DNA of 64,000 nt from Eutreptiella sp. 'Long Island Sound 2002' (GCA_964036045.1 OZ038378.1:193750001-193814000), one strand, 5' to 3'; positions 1-12,826 are shown, counted from the first letter of the stretch. The notes: generated from the sequence alone by a model not told the origin. Made by a program: numbers and translations.

Positions 1-1138
1 CAGACCGGACACACGGCGCTTGGTGTATGGGCCAGACCACCAACCGGGCGGATGGGACAATGGGAGGAGCGACGCGTGCGCAGCTCAAGCGAAGACCCTA
101 TTGAGGCCTGAAGGGCCTCCGTTATTGGACACCTGCGGCGCATCTACGGCGCATCTACAACGCGTTGTGGAACATCCCACAACGCAGCCCCCTCTACGCC
201 CCATCGTACGCATCCCCACAATCCTCTGCCGCGCCGCCGTGCGCTTGGTGGCCCTGTGTCGCGGTGAAACAGAGCGCGCGTTCGCACGGTCGCCGTTGCC
301 CGACAGCGGGTGGCGCCGTTCCGTGTCGCATGCGGGGCCCTCGAAGGGCCGACGCATCGGCACTGATGGGGTCATTGTGCATCGGCGCGCGGTGCTGATC
401 GTACCGCGGACGCGGTGGTGGCCAATACGTCCCCTCATTCGAACACGAGGCGTTTGTTTTGTTGGTGTGTGCCCATCGTCGCGGCTAAGGGCACTTCAGT
501 AGGCTCCTTTTAAGGGGTGGGTTGGTGGGTGGGTCCAGCCCCCCAACCCCCGCAGCGGTGCTGAGTTTGTAGAGGCGCTGAAGAGTACTTTCGGTCTAAA
601 GTATTTGGCGCCAAAGGCGCCAGTTGTTTGAGCATGCTCTGAGCAGATACGAGCAATAAGACCACCACCACTGTACCATTCATGTGCCAGTCTCTGGGAG
701 GATCGGCAAGTGGCAAGACAGAAACCGGCATCCTCAAATACCATCCCCAGCCCCAAAGCACAGACTAAACTGGATCTTCTTGGACAACCAGAAAACGAAA
801 CCGCCAAATTCCACGGTTCCAAAAGTGGCGGAAAAAAAGTAGCCGATTAAGGTCCTGCACGCTGTGCGTACAGGGGTCAGCGCAGAAGCAGGACGCGGCA
901 GAGCCACTGTGCCGCCCCTCCTTCTGGCCGATCTGCGGTCCAATTTTAAGCGGTTTTCTCGCTCAGACATGCCTTCGGTCCCGGGGGCCCGGTTTCCAAA
1001 ACCCCGCCCGCCACCATTTTTCGGTGGCTCAAAGCCCGCCCCCGCCCCGGCCGCACTTGCCGAGGGCAACCGACATCACATGCCATGGTCAAGAAAACGT
1101 ATGGGAGGAACCCCCCCCCCCCACCTTGCCCCCGTAGG

Positions 1139-1344
1139 GCATGCACTTGAAGGAGAGGGAGGCTACAGTAGTGCGGCAAACGCCTGAAAAACCGTTGGCG
1201 ACGGTTAGGATAGCGGTGGGGGAGCAGGAATGGCGGTTGCAAAACCGTTGCAGCTGCAGTTGGAGTTGAAAGGATGCGGTTGCGGCGTGACTGACAGTCA
1301 TTTCGTGTGTTTTGAGGGGAGGCAGCTCCGCCCCTTTCAAGCGC
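1139..1344. mobile_element. MITE-like interspersed repeat, family R1
   Basis: Imperfect terminal inverted repeats GCACTTGAAGG / CCTTTCAAGCGC; internal GCGGTTGCAAAACCG motif shared with copies near 28715 and 54915. Confidence 0.5.
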
Positions 1345-1473
1345 AGGCCTGCCCCTCCCCCGCACTCCCTTTGTTACGGGCGGGACTGCACGTTCCTGCG
1401 CTTCCTGTGTTGTTGCATAGGCCAAGAATCTTTGAGCTTGGGGCCCTTGGCCTTGAGCAATGGACCACCATAC

Positions 1474-1540
1474 CGCAGCCTTCCAATGGTTCTTCGGGGG
1501 CTTCTGGCTCCTCTTCCTTCTTTTTCTTGCCCTTGCTCAT
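1474..1540 (-). CDS. Probable first coding exon of an unidentified gene (MSKGKKKKEEEPEAPEEPLEGC-G); rest expected left of the window
   Basis: Pyrimidine tract + CAG acceptor (AG at 1564-1563) 22 nt before the ATG; protein-like K/E-rich N-terminus; GTATGG donor at 1473. No downstream exon found in 1-1470. Confidence 0.5.
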
Positions 1541-3411
1541 CGTGTGCGGTGGTTAGCGACCCCTGTGGAACAGGAGGGGGACCGGACCACGACGTGTTGG
1601 CGGTTGCGCCGTCGGGCAGAAGTGGTGAGCCCCAGCAGTCAAAAACATTAGGAAACAAGGAAAGGGGGTGGAAAATGATGGAAGGGGTAGGAGGATGGCG
1701 GAAGACGTTGGAGGAAGAGGATTCATAACCGTGGAAAGCACAGGGAATGCTTCTATGGTAAATGAAATGCAGTGACAATACCATTAGTGTCAAAGCCCAA
1801 CTGTCCTCTGAAAAATCAATTGCTTTTGGAATCGGCTTGGTTAAGAATGGGGGGGACGGTTCGGTTTCAGATTATGAGTCATGTTCGCGGGGGGGGGGGG
1901 GGGGGTCGTGCCAAAATGGCCCGTCGCTGGCCCACTAGCCGGAACTGAGTTCGGTTACACCCGCAGGCGCGCGCGGCGCGATGCAACGCGCAAAACTCTT
2001 GGTTTTTGCCGGGAGGTGTCCTGCTGCGGAACTGGGGCCCAAAACGCCCAAGGAGAGAGAGAATCAGGCGGCCTCAGTGGTGAAATGCCCCGGTCCAGGT
2101 ACGGACCCGGACCCCCGGAAGGAAGCCCCACGCGAGCAGCGCTGGAGTCAAGCCGAAGGTCTCGACGACCCGCCACCCGCCGGTTGAGAGTGCGAACCTG
2201 GGGTTTGACATTGGCGTCGGAGATTCTGCGTTGGTTGACCACCCTCGCCTGGTCGTGCACCGGCGAGGGAATGGGTCTGATGCCCCGGAAACCTCAACCC
2301 AGTCCAACATCTGCGTGTCTAATGGCAGTCTCTGTCGGTCTGTACGCCCGTCCCATGCGGTGCCGTCCGCGCTTCCAGTGGCCAGGCAATGCAGAGGGGG
2401 ATAGGGTCGATCAGGGGGGTCCAGCGCCTCTCCTCGTGCCACGCGCTGTGTGACGTGGCTGCCCCTCTCCTGCCCCAAGTGTGGGCATTGCATCCTGCAT
2501 CATGTTGCATGACAGCGTCACAAATGCACCAAACACAGACCCATGGCTTTCAAGTAGGGTTCCGGGGATTCGCTCACTTTGAGTCGAGAGCGAGCGCATC
2601 GTTTGCAGACAACACACCGAGTGGGCTTCTGGAGTGGATTCAATCGATGTCCCTTGGAGCCCGAAGACCCAAGAACACGACCCCACGGGCAAAAAAAAAG
2701 CCTGTGAACAAGGCAGTAGGGAGCTGTGCCGTGAGCAGAGATGTTCAGCCATTGTTACCATTGACGGCAGCAATGCGCATCGTTTTTTGTTTCGACGAAG
2801 CTGCAACAGTTCTGCAACAGTATGAGACAGACTCTTAATCTAAGTACACTCTCAGAATATACCATAGCTTCTTCCCCTGTTAAAGACGAAGCCGTAGTCG
2901 ACGAAGAAAGGAGCCACTTTCCTACCTTAAGTCTCCCGCAGTGCGACTTCTGATCACCACGCCCCCGTTTGGGCCCCATTATCTCACCTGTGGCACGTCC
3001 TCCATCGACAGCAGCAATGCACATCATTAATTATCAACTGCGGGTTGTGTCCCAGCGGTGATACCCAGAGGGGTGGGTGGCCCAACCCTCAACTGGATAC
3101 ATAGCTACTGAATCCCCCCGTGACACAGGTATTTCGGTCACAGCTCAAAACCCACGCAGGGGGTTCAGGGGGCATGGGGAAGGGGCACCCCAAACTCATC
3201 CCAGAACACCAACCCTAGGGACAGGGGTCAGTTACAGGCAAGAAGAGGCAAAATGGAACACAGAGAAAATGTCCTGGTAGAACTTAGTGTTCTCCAATCT
3301 TAGATACGAATGCAGACCAACTCAGCAAGCTAAGGTTGGAATATGACAAAGAGTTGAGACATATTTTTCTCTCATATTTGAAATCTGTATTAAATTCAAA
3401 AATTATTAAAT

Positions 3412-4609
3412 TGGCATATCTTCAGCAGTATACCTACCAAGGTGTAGGGTTGGAAGTTGGGCTTGGGGAGGTGTGCAGGGACCCCCCCACGATATTTTGA
3501 GGGTGGGGAACACAAAAAAACATGTTGTAGACGTAAATTGGATGGTTTTTTGGTGGGTATTTGCCCCTACAAAGGGCTTACCGTAGCTAAAAATAGGGTA
3601 TGACATCACTGTTTCTAGGAACCTAGCCGAATCATAGAGAATGCTACTTTTTCTGGAAAAATAGCCATTGCAACCATTATTCCATCCTCAATACCACATT
3701 TCCCACGCACATTGTGAAGGGCAATGTAGAAAACAATCCCATATTACATGTTTGGAGTGTATTTAGGGGTTGCAATGGCTATTTTCCCGGAAAAAGTAGC
3801 ATTCTCTGTGATTCTGCTAGGTTCCTAGAAACAGTGATGTCATACCCCCCCCCCTTGTATAAGCTACACCAATGTACGGAATTATTACGGTCCCTACGCA
3901 CACTGTAGCTTGGACAAGGGCGTAGCTTGCGCGAAACACATACAGCTACCGGCACAAACGTGCGCGTGCGCATGGTATGGGTGCACCTTGACCTCTGCCC
4001 ACATTTCAAAGTGTATGCAAACACAAGACAGCCTTGGGAACATGAAAATTTCAGGTTCACACCCATGTTAGCACAAGCAATGAAGAATGCGAAGCCTACA
4101 AATGTTCGGCTTGGAAACTCTTCTTGCGACCATACACCATGCGGAACAATTGCACATGCTCACCACTTGAAGATGCCTTTGGCTGAGGCTTAGGGGCTGG
4201 TTTGGGCTCGGACAACTTCAAATTCTTGGGAATGAGCTTGCCTTGCATGTGGCATGTTGCATGTGTCCATGGCTCCATGTAATTGGCAAATGTGCCGACA
4301 AACCCATGTCTTATGTGGCCGCACTACATTTCGTACGTAATTACAATTACGTACACAATTATTACGGTCCCTAAGTCTACTGTAGCTTCGACAAGGGCGA
4401 AGCTTATACAAGGGGGGGGGGGGTACCCTATTTTTAGCTACGGTAAGCCCTTTGTAGGGGCAAATACCCACCCAAAACTATCCAATTCACTTCTAAAACA
4501 TTCTTTTTGTGTTCCCCACCCTCAAAATGGGGGGGGGGGTCCCTACACACCTCCCCAAGCCCAACTTCCGACCCTACACCTTGGTACGTATACTGCCGAA
4601 GATATGCCA
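3412..4609. mobile_element. Foldback element (arms about 265 bp, spacer about 90 bp) with its right arm interrupted by a MITE
   Basis: 3412-3600 is the reverse complement of 4424-4609, and 3598-3675 of 3767-3844. A copy of the uninterrupted junction (GTGATGTCATACCCTATTTTTAGCT) occurs at 14750-14774. Confidence 0.8.
3845..4423. mobile_element. Tc1/mariner-type MITE, C-run TIR family, copy 1
   Basis: TIR C(n)TTGTATAAGCT / AGCTTATACAAG(n); TA duplication at 3843-3844 and 4424-4425; second copy at 27053-27454. Confidence 0.85.
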
Positions 4610-6316
4610 TTAAACTATATAAAAAAAATACCCAGTATTGTGAGTGTGTGTACACAAATAGGGCAAAACTGAAAACCTACCCCGTGCTGCAGGCCATTGA
4701 AAAAAACAATTCGGTGGTATGGTGCTATAACCCCCAAACCACTATCTGTGAAAGCCCAAGGTGCTGTGGGGGTAAGACCGCCAGCTTTGACTCTCACTAA
4801 CCACAGCATCTGACAGCAGCCACATGACATGCGGAATGGCGATGCCGATGTCGTTTACCCGGAATGGGTTGGCTTTTGCCCCCCCTCCCCCCCCAAAAAA
4901 AACCCCAAAAAAAGCCCCCTAAGGAGAGCAAACCCTTGAGTACAAGACCTGTGTACATTTGCACAAGCAAACGGGCAACTCAATGAATTAATTTGCTGTG
5001 TGTCAACAATCCATCCCCGTGTGTGTGGGTGCCAAAAGAAAAGGAGCAATGATATAACCGGGAACCTACTCTGCCTATGCCAGCAATTCATCCCCACATG
5101 TTTGGGCGCCGAAACAATCAACAAAGCCATTTGCATCTCTTGCCCCACCCTTTTCACAATTGCACGAGCACATGCAAGATGGGAGGACACAAAAAAACGG
5201 ACTGGAGGAGAGGAAAACGACTAAACTGGGTGAACATGAAACAAGTATACATGCATTTGTGGATTGTGAGTCCCCAAATCCCAAAAAGACTCATGCCTGC
5301 CAACGGTGTCCAACATGAGGAGGAATCCAAAATGGCCACATAACCCCGAGACAAGGGGTCCCCGAAGCAGTGATTGTGGGTGTTTGGTTGGACCAAGGTA
5401 CCTATTCTCCACGCTACGACAGGTGCCCCCCCTAAGCCTTGGCCACTATGCATCTTAGGACATGGGCAAGGAAAGGCTTTGCAAAGAATGCATGAAGCAC
5501 ACTGCAAATGCAAAGGAACAGAAGGCCACGAGAGAAGGCCACGAGAGAAGGCCACTGGCAATGAAGCCGGTTTGGACCACCATCGGTATCCTGCATTGTG
5601 TATTTGCATCTTCCATCTCCATAGTGTGACTAGGTTCCATTAGCCCTTTCACAGTTAGAAATTGACATCGGTGCGCCCTCCTACTTGTGCAGGCGAACCG
5701 CCTTCGGGTTTGGCAATGCAAGCCAGCTAATCGGTAACGATATTCGATTCGGTGCGAGTAGTGTTAGATCTAACCTGAGTTTGGCCCTTGTGTGGACCTA
5801 GAAGTTGGCGGACAACCCGGACCCAAATGGCACACATGCCGAAGAAATAAATTAAACAATTAAACCAATGGATTCAAAGCATTGTTGCCCCTAGAGAACA
5901 GGTAGCGGTCTTCCACGTGGTGTGCGTGATTGTGGCAGAAATCTAAAGTGTCAAAGAAATGCAAGGAAACTGGGAGATACGTATAACCAAAACAAACAGA
6001 TGCCATGCGGCTATTGGTCTGCATTGCTCGCCTTGGCGAGATCCTAATAATATCATGCAGTGACACCAAGCTAGCAATGGCAGCCCCTACCCACCCCCCG
6101 AAGTGTTCAAAAATGGGAGAGCCAATATCATCCAAGCCACACGTCCAACACAAGCCCACATTGACGAAGTTTCAACGCAAATTGTCTCAGGATTCCATAG
6201 CATTTATATGACGTTTGTCAATTTTGTACTAGCCGCAATTTTTACTCACATGCATCCATCAAGGGGTGTTCCTTCAGGTTTCACACGAATCAGGCCAGAC
6301 CTGCTTCAGACCTGAT

Positions 6317-7183
6317 TCACGTCTGGACCCGTTGCAACTGGAAGCATGCATTCTGTGCATGCATGCGGAACAAGACAGCAACGGCTGCAAAACCCGCAGC
6401 CAATGCTACAAGAAACATTTCCACTTGCAATGGCACCAGCTGACCAACCATCGTCACAACACGCCACAGGCGTGGGAACTTCTTCAGCAACAAGACGAGG
6501 ATCCTTGAGCACAAGTAAATGCAAGCTAATCTAGACCGCGTTGGGCTTGTAACCAAGTGCTCAATCAATTCTTCAGCATGTTCTTGATTGGAATCATCGG
6601 GACCTTGCTCACCAATGAGGAGCTTCACAAAAAGGTGCGTCTTATTGTCGCGGTGGTGTTCCGCAATGTAAACCCGATTGAGACCAACTTCAAGACTGTT
6701 TGTGATGTTGCATTGTAGACTGAAGAGGAGCAGCGACATGGCACTAGGCTTTGATGCCAAGTCTAGCCTGCCAAGAGGGATTTGAGCAAAGAGAGTGGAT
6801 GTGTTCGCAGTAGCTTCGGTAGGAATTCTTGGTGCCGTGCATTCGAAACCTTTTGGGACACCCGCGGTGGTTCCACAAGCTGGAACAAACTCCAGGACCA
6901 CAGCGGTCGGGGTAAGAATGAGCAACAGATCATAAAGGTCAACATCCAGCATCCCATTCCCCTGAAGAATGTAAGCTTGGCCATACCCCGGGACCATGAG
7001 AGTACCAATACAGGCTTCCATGTCCTTGCAAACAGAGATGCCAGCCATCAAGATCCACTCAGGGCCTACTACATAAATCTTCACATCACCTGTTACCTGT
7101 TGGCATCCACAACACCAAAAGCTCACCACTAGCTTTCTCAAACTTGAAAGAGCATTGGCTGGCAGGAAGGTCAACGATTCCAT
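6317..7183 (-). other. 288-codon ORF of unknown identity in a degenerate-looking region, possibly a TE remnant
   Basis: Longest non-repetitive ORF in the region; no motif recognised and no splice model found. Confidence 0.2.
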
Positions 7184-7744
7184 TTGGATCTCGCTGCTTT
7201 GTCTTTTGATGAAAGGGAGAAAGACTGCTTGGAGTAGGCCCTTTGATCACTGTCTGGGGGCATTGTTGTTGCACGTTGGAGTTCTGCACCCAATGCAGCT
7301 GCAACACCGAGGTCCCTTGTCAGTGCTGCTCTCCTTGGGGCATTTGGTAAAACCTAGTACGCGCTGTAGTAAAACCTAGTAAAATGTAGTAAAACCTAGT
7401 AAAATTTTTTTTAAAAAAGCCTTTTACGAGGTAAAAAAACAAAAAATTTGAAACTTTTTTTTATTAGGTTACAAGGTAGACACAAATTTGGACTTGAATT
7501 TGATCAAAACACACAAAGTTTATGGGGGGGGTCAACTGTAGGTGGTATTTTTGTTTAAGGGCATGGTGCCCCCTGGTCGATTCCAGGCCACTTGTGTAAG
7601 TGACACCCCACCCGGGCCAGACCGTGCATTGCAAGGTAAGCAGAAACAAAATTAGCCTCAAGAAAAGAGTCCTGACAGGGCCATGGCCAACACCAGCGCG
7701 ATGGCATTGGGAACAAAACCCGTGCTTTTATATCATATATATCA

Positions 7745-8828
7745 CTACACCCCTCTCCCCTTAAATCTAGCTAACAAGCAAGCAAGCAAGCAACAAACAA
7801 CAAGAACCAAGCAACAAGCACTTCTCCTTTCCGTTTTGGCTATTGTTTCGTCTCATCGCACTGGGCTCTACTCTACTCTAGCCATCCTAGAGCCTAGGTG
7901 GTGGCCTTGCGAAATCCAAGTTTTGAGCCAAAATCCCACCGGTGCCGCTCCGGGACGGGGGCGCCAAGTCGGGAGGTGCCCTCCCAAAACTGCAAATTTT
8001 GTGCCCCAAAAACAGCCTTTTTTGGCCCAAAACAGCCCCTAAACCCATTCAAGAAACGGGAAATGGTTCGAACACTCCACGTGCGCCTTGACTTCCTCAT
8101 GACAAAGAGCCCTTTATTGCCCTCTAACCCCACGATATGTCGGAGACGGCCCAAAAATGGCTAAAAACGGCCCAAAATGTGTGTAGTTTGTATCAACAAG
8201 CCCCAAACCTGAGAACGGGCCGTATCTTGGGCTACGTGGCTCAAATCCGAATTCGGAGGGCACTTAGTCTGCCTGCAACCCCGCACTTTTTGTGGTTTCC
8301 AAGCGACCAGCGAGATGCCTACACCCTTGTACTAGTGGTCACTTGGTGGAGCCGGAGGGCAGCCCGAGCCGTGCACGGTGGGGGCCAACGGTGGGTCCAC
8401 CAGGGTCCCCGGGGCGAAAAAAAGAATTTTTCCAAAGTTGTTCCTAGACCACTTGGGATGCTCAAACAAGTGTTTTTAGGGGTTTGGAGCCTATGGTGAC
8501 GTGTTTTGGCCCATGGAAAATCCCAAAATGCCTTGAAAATGGGCCGTTTTGGGATCAAAAATAGGTGAAAAATTGGGTCAAAAACGCGTTTTTCCAAAAG
8601 TGATCGTGGACCAATTGGGTGCGCAAACAATTGACATGAGCCCATTTTGAGCCCGATTTAAACCTTTTTTTGGCCCTGACGGTCCTGAAAGCCTTAATAA
8701 TGGCCCATTTTAAGCCCTTTTTGACCAATTGTAGCCCGTTTTGCCACATGTATGCACCATATTTTACTCTTTGCACATACATTAGAGCCGTTTTGTCAAG
8801 TCACCTAGAGTTGGGGAGAGGGGTGTAG
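7745..8828. mobile_element. Nested TIR element of about 1.1 kb in TA-rich context
   Basis: Perfect 16-bp inverted repeat CTACACCCCTCTCCCC (7745-7760) / GGGGAGAGGGGTGTAG (8813-8828), with TATATA-like flanks. Confidence 0.55.
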
Positions 8829-8944
8829 ATTAGAGGATATATATACATATGTATGATATACATACATACATACATATATATGTATATATGCACACACACA
8901 CACACACACACATACATATATAAAGGGGTGCACACACGTGTGCA

Positions 8945-9370
8945 TTATAAGAAATCACAAAACACACGCTTATAGATGAGGTCCGCCTTTTTATCCTTGT
9001 AGGTGGGTTCTGTTGAGGGCGGATTGTGCTTGCACATGTTGCGAAGCACGTCCGCGGTCTTCATATCCAACTCTTCAACCAATTTTTTGTCGTATTGCAT
9101 TCTACTAGAAGCATTTTTGGGGTAATGCTCTAGAACAAAAAAATTCCTTACCACGGATCATCACCTTTGGACGGACCTCATCTACTAAAGGCGGCTTGTC
9201 AGCCGCACACCGGTCACCCAACGCGAATGCCAATACAATGCATGCCAATGTGGCAGTAAATTGCACTCTCCATTTGAGCAATGCCACACATATCTCCGAT
9301 GGACACAAAACGGAAGCATGCGGAGCACACTGTTAAACACCACATTCAGGGCACACGTGCAAAAGGGCAT
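8945..9370 (-). pseudogene. Degenerate coding remnant, possibly a transposase C-terminus with a SAP-like helix pair
   Basis: Frameshifted protein-like text (PLVDEVRPKVMIRG / FFVLEHYPKN...VLRNMCKHN...KKADLIYKRV); resemblance judged by eye only. Confidence 0.25.
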
Positions 9371-10221
9371 GTTATCCTGGCGTACATATAGACAGCCTGG
9401 ATGGTATTTCGCTTAGCCCGCTTTACAAGGGGGTTGGGCATCGGGGCTCCACACTGATGAGAGCCCCGGGCGTCCCCGGTCATCAGTTTTTTTCTTTTCC
9501 CCCCTCTCCGGCTGGATAAATGAAGTTCAATCGAGATGGATTCGCCACAACTCAGCCAAAGAAAATTATTGTGCTGTGTTACCGGGTGGCGGGTGGTGCG
9601 GCCTCACACTCGGACCCAAAATTTGTCTGCGGGAAACATTGCCACCCATACCCCACACTAGGGGGTATGTTACGGGGGGTGGCCAAAACAAGGTTGGGGC
9701 CACCCCCCACTAGCATTCGTGCACATGGGTTGCTCAGCGGTGCTTCTAAATGTACACACATACAACACATGCCCGGAACCAAAATAGCGGTCTTGGGTCA
9801 AACCTCAACCCACAATATGTGCACCAAAATTGCATGTAGTGCCCCCTTCGATTTCCATATCTAGATCCCCTCCGGAAACATTGATGTCCGTGGGCGCGCC
9901 TTGGGGGGGGGGTCTTGGGGGCAAATGCGGCTGAAAAAAAATAGAAACGAATCGAAAGGTGCAAATACCCGGGAGGAGTCATAACAAAAACACAGCCGGG
10001 CACCCCTGTGTATAAGCAAAACATAACATACAACATACAATGCAGGGAAGAGAGCCGAGCCGGAGGCCTGAAGTAAACCCCAGAAAGTCCAATGAGTGTA
10101 GCCGCCCACAATAGGAGGGGATACATTTTGATTGTCGGTCCCCCGCATGCACTGCACCTTAGCCTGCGTGTGTGACTCTTTACCCATGAATGATGAGTAA
10201 GCTCCTTTATCAGATCGAGAC

Positions 10222-10885
10222 GTCACCCCTGCATTCTCATGGATCCCCAACGCCACGCGCGGGGAGCAAAATCAGAAGTGGTCCCCAACAAAGGAGAACA
10301 AAATCAGAAGTGGCTGCCTCACCCTTGCCTTCTCGGGGGCCCAAAAGAGGGCGGAAATGCTATGTCACCCCTGCATTCTCGGGGATCCCCAACACAGGGG
10401 GGCAAAATCTGAAGTGGGTACCTCACCCTTGCCTTCTCGGGGGCCCAAAAGACGGGGAAATGCGACGTCACCCCTGCATTCCCGGGGATCCCCAACATAG
10501 GGGCACACAATCAAAAGTGGTTGCCTCACCATTGCCTTCCCAGGGGGCCCAAAAGAGGGCGGAAATGCTATGTCACCCCTGCATTCTCATGGATCCCCAA
10601 CGCCAAGCGCGGGGAGCAAAATCAGAAGGGGTCCCCAACAAAGGAGAACAAAATCAGAAGTGGCTACGTCACCCCTGCCTTCTCAGGGGCCCAAAAGAGG
10701 GCGGAAATCCTATGTCACCCCTGCATTCTCAGGGATCCCCAACGCCAAGCGCAGGGAGCAAAATCAGAAGTGGTCCCCGACATAGGGGGGGGGGGAAATT
10801 TGAAGTGGCTACCTCACCATTGCCTTTTGGGGGGCCCAAAAGAGGGCGGAAATGCTACGTCACCCCTACATTCTCGGGGTCCCTG
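10222..10885. repeat. Diverged minisatellite, units about 100-145 bp
   Basis: Recurrent GTCACCCCTGCATTCTC, GGGGCCCAAAAGAGGGCGGAAATGCT and CAAAATCAGAAGTGG blocks, about 6 units. Confidence 0.8.
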
Positions 10886-12826
10886 AACAGGGGTTCAAAA
10901 AGGGCCCTCATCAGGCCAATGGAAAAAAGCCCCTCAGAGCGGGAGACAAGATCAGAAGTGGCCAACAAGTGGCCCGAAAGACTAGTTCTTTTTTTTATGG
11001 AGGTTCTGAAACCTAGCAAATTTTTTTTTCTATTTTCTGAAACCTAGGAAAATTTTTTTTAACCAAGTTCCCGATACCTAGTAAAAACTAGTGAACCTAG
11101 TAAACTGTTACCTAGTAAAAAAGTTTTTTGAAAAAAGAATCTACTAGGTTTTACTGCAGACCCCTCTCCTAGCAGCAACTATCCTTCTCCTGTCCCTCTC
11201 TTGCCGAATACGTGGAGCTATGTCCAAACACTGTGTGCTCGGTCATTTTGTCACTAGGTCACCCCCCCGGCTTAAAAAAAAGTGTATTGGTCGGTAAATG
11301 TGACTACAACCCAAACCTGCTCCTCTGTCACCACACCCCGACCCCCCACCATGAAACACCTCACAGCCCGCGCCTGCTGCGGGGCGCATGCGAGAGGTCA
11401 GCCTTGTACCCCCCGGACCGACTGTGGGACGGCAGGCCCTCCAACATGAAGGCGATATATCACACACAGCACCTGAAACCAACAAAGACTCGCACCGAGA
11501 TCGTCCCTTGCCAACCCAAAGGAGGGGCGAAGCTAGGACCGTGGGCTGGCCCAAATGGACGTCCACCGGATTACCGTCCAGGAGATGGAGGCATGGGGGG
11601 GGGGGAAGGTATGGGGTGAACACTATGACCCGTCGCCCATGCTGTGCATATGAAAGGTGAGGTGCGTATTGCGATAGACAGTCGATGGCAACATCCAAAG
11701 TCAAAGGTCGAAGGTTAGAGGCAGGCGTCGGAGATGATGCGAGGAAATCCACCATGTCTGTTCAGCTACGATGTGAAACTGTGAGCAAGCGTTCAAACAC
11801 TTCCAATGCAGACACTTTCAAGTAAAGTTTGGGGGGCGCATGATTTTGCAGGGGCCGGAGGAGGGGGGTGCACTTAGTCAGGGCGTCTGTGGGCCCACAG
11901 CCACTATTCGCCAGCCCCCTTCAGTTGTTCACTGTACTTCTACTGGTTGGACGACCAAAAGGAACACGGGAAGATGTCCATGCCCTCGTTGAGAAGAAAG
12001 GCAACGGAAGAGCAATGCGTTTCCTGCGAACTCGTGCGGATGGATGCGACTTCTGGTCCAGGCTTCCTGGTCAAAGGCCAGCAAACACGTGTATGCCCAG
12101 GGGGCAGGTTGCGCACAGCACATGGAGCAGGTTCATCCCCCGGTCGCCATGGGCTGAGGAGGTGTGGTGGGTGTCTGATGATGACTTGGAGGTGACAACC
12201 ACACGACAAATGGGCAGGTCAATCATAGTGTGGCCCTGCAGTTGCGTTGGAACAGCAGAGTGTACTGCCCTGCAAGTCTTTGGTCATATTGCCCTGCAAC
12301 CATTCCAGACACCGAATCCCCCCCCCCCCCCCCCGACCCCTTGCAGCTATTCGACCAAGGAGGCGTTAGGGGCACTGGCCAAACCCCAGACGACCCGACC
12401 ACCCCACACCCACATCAGAAGACTTCTCCTCCGGGAAAAAATGAAATTATGAAAGGGGCCCGAACTTTAAGGCCGGTTGAAGGGACACAAACTTGTTTTT
12501 GGCCTCTGACCCCCCCCCCCCCCGGGGGTGCGCCTTTGGTGCCACCAGGCAATGGCCTGGCCCAAATGCACACTAGAAAAGGGTGCCAGGCTGTTGCACA
12601 CCCCCTGCAGAATGGGCCGAAGGCACTGACTTTGTTCTTATTGTGAGCGGCCAACAGCAAGTTTCGGCATTCACTCAGACTCAAAAAATCAGCAGAACTG
12701 AATTGAAATATGCGTCGAAAAAACCCCAAAAAGAGAGCTCGTCGAAACCCCCCTCAGGCCTCTTTCCTGGCCATTTGGCCAACTCATGCGGCGCCCCCAT
12801 TCCGGATCGCTCGCAGCCCCCCCCGC

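Larger units (their letters stand above)
7364..11159. mobile_element. Candidate TIR-bounded composite element with ACCTAGTAAA subterminal repeats
   Basis: CTGTAGTAAAACCTAGTA (7364) vs reverse complement of TACTAGGTTTTACTGCAG (11142-11159), 17/18 match; ACCTAGT motif clusters at both ends; no TSD found. Confidence 0.45.

Noticed and set aside
2330-2400. LATGSADGTAWD resembling a WD40 repeat
   Set aside because: Spacing is wrong for WD40, there are no neighbouring repeats and no splice model; likely chance.
10190-11047. 285-aa ORF over the minisatellite, and a possible CRISPR-like array
   Set aside because: The ORF is a by-product of the repeat; the units have no unique spacers and no cas genes are present.
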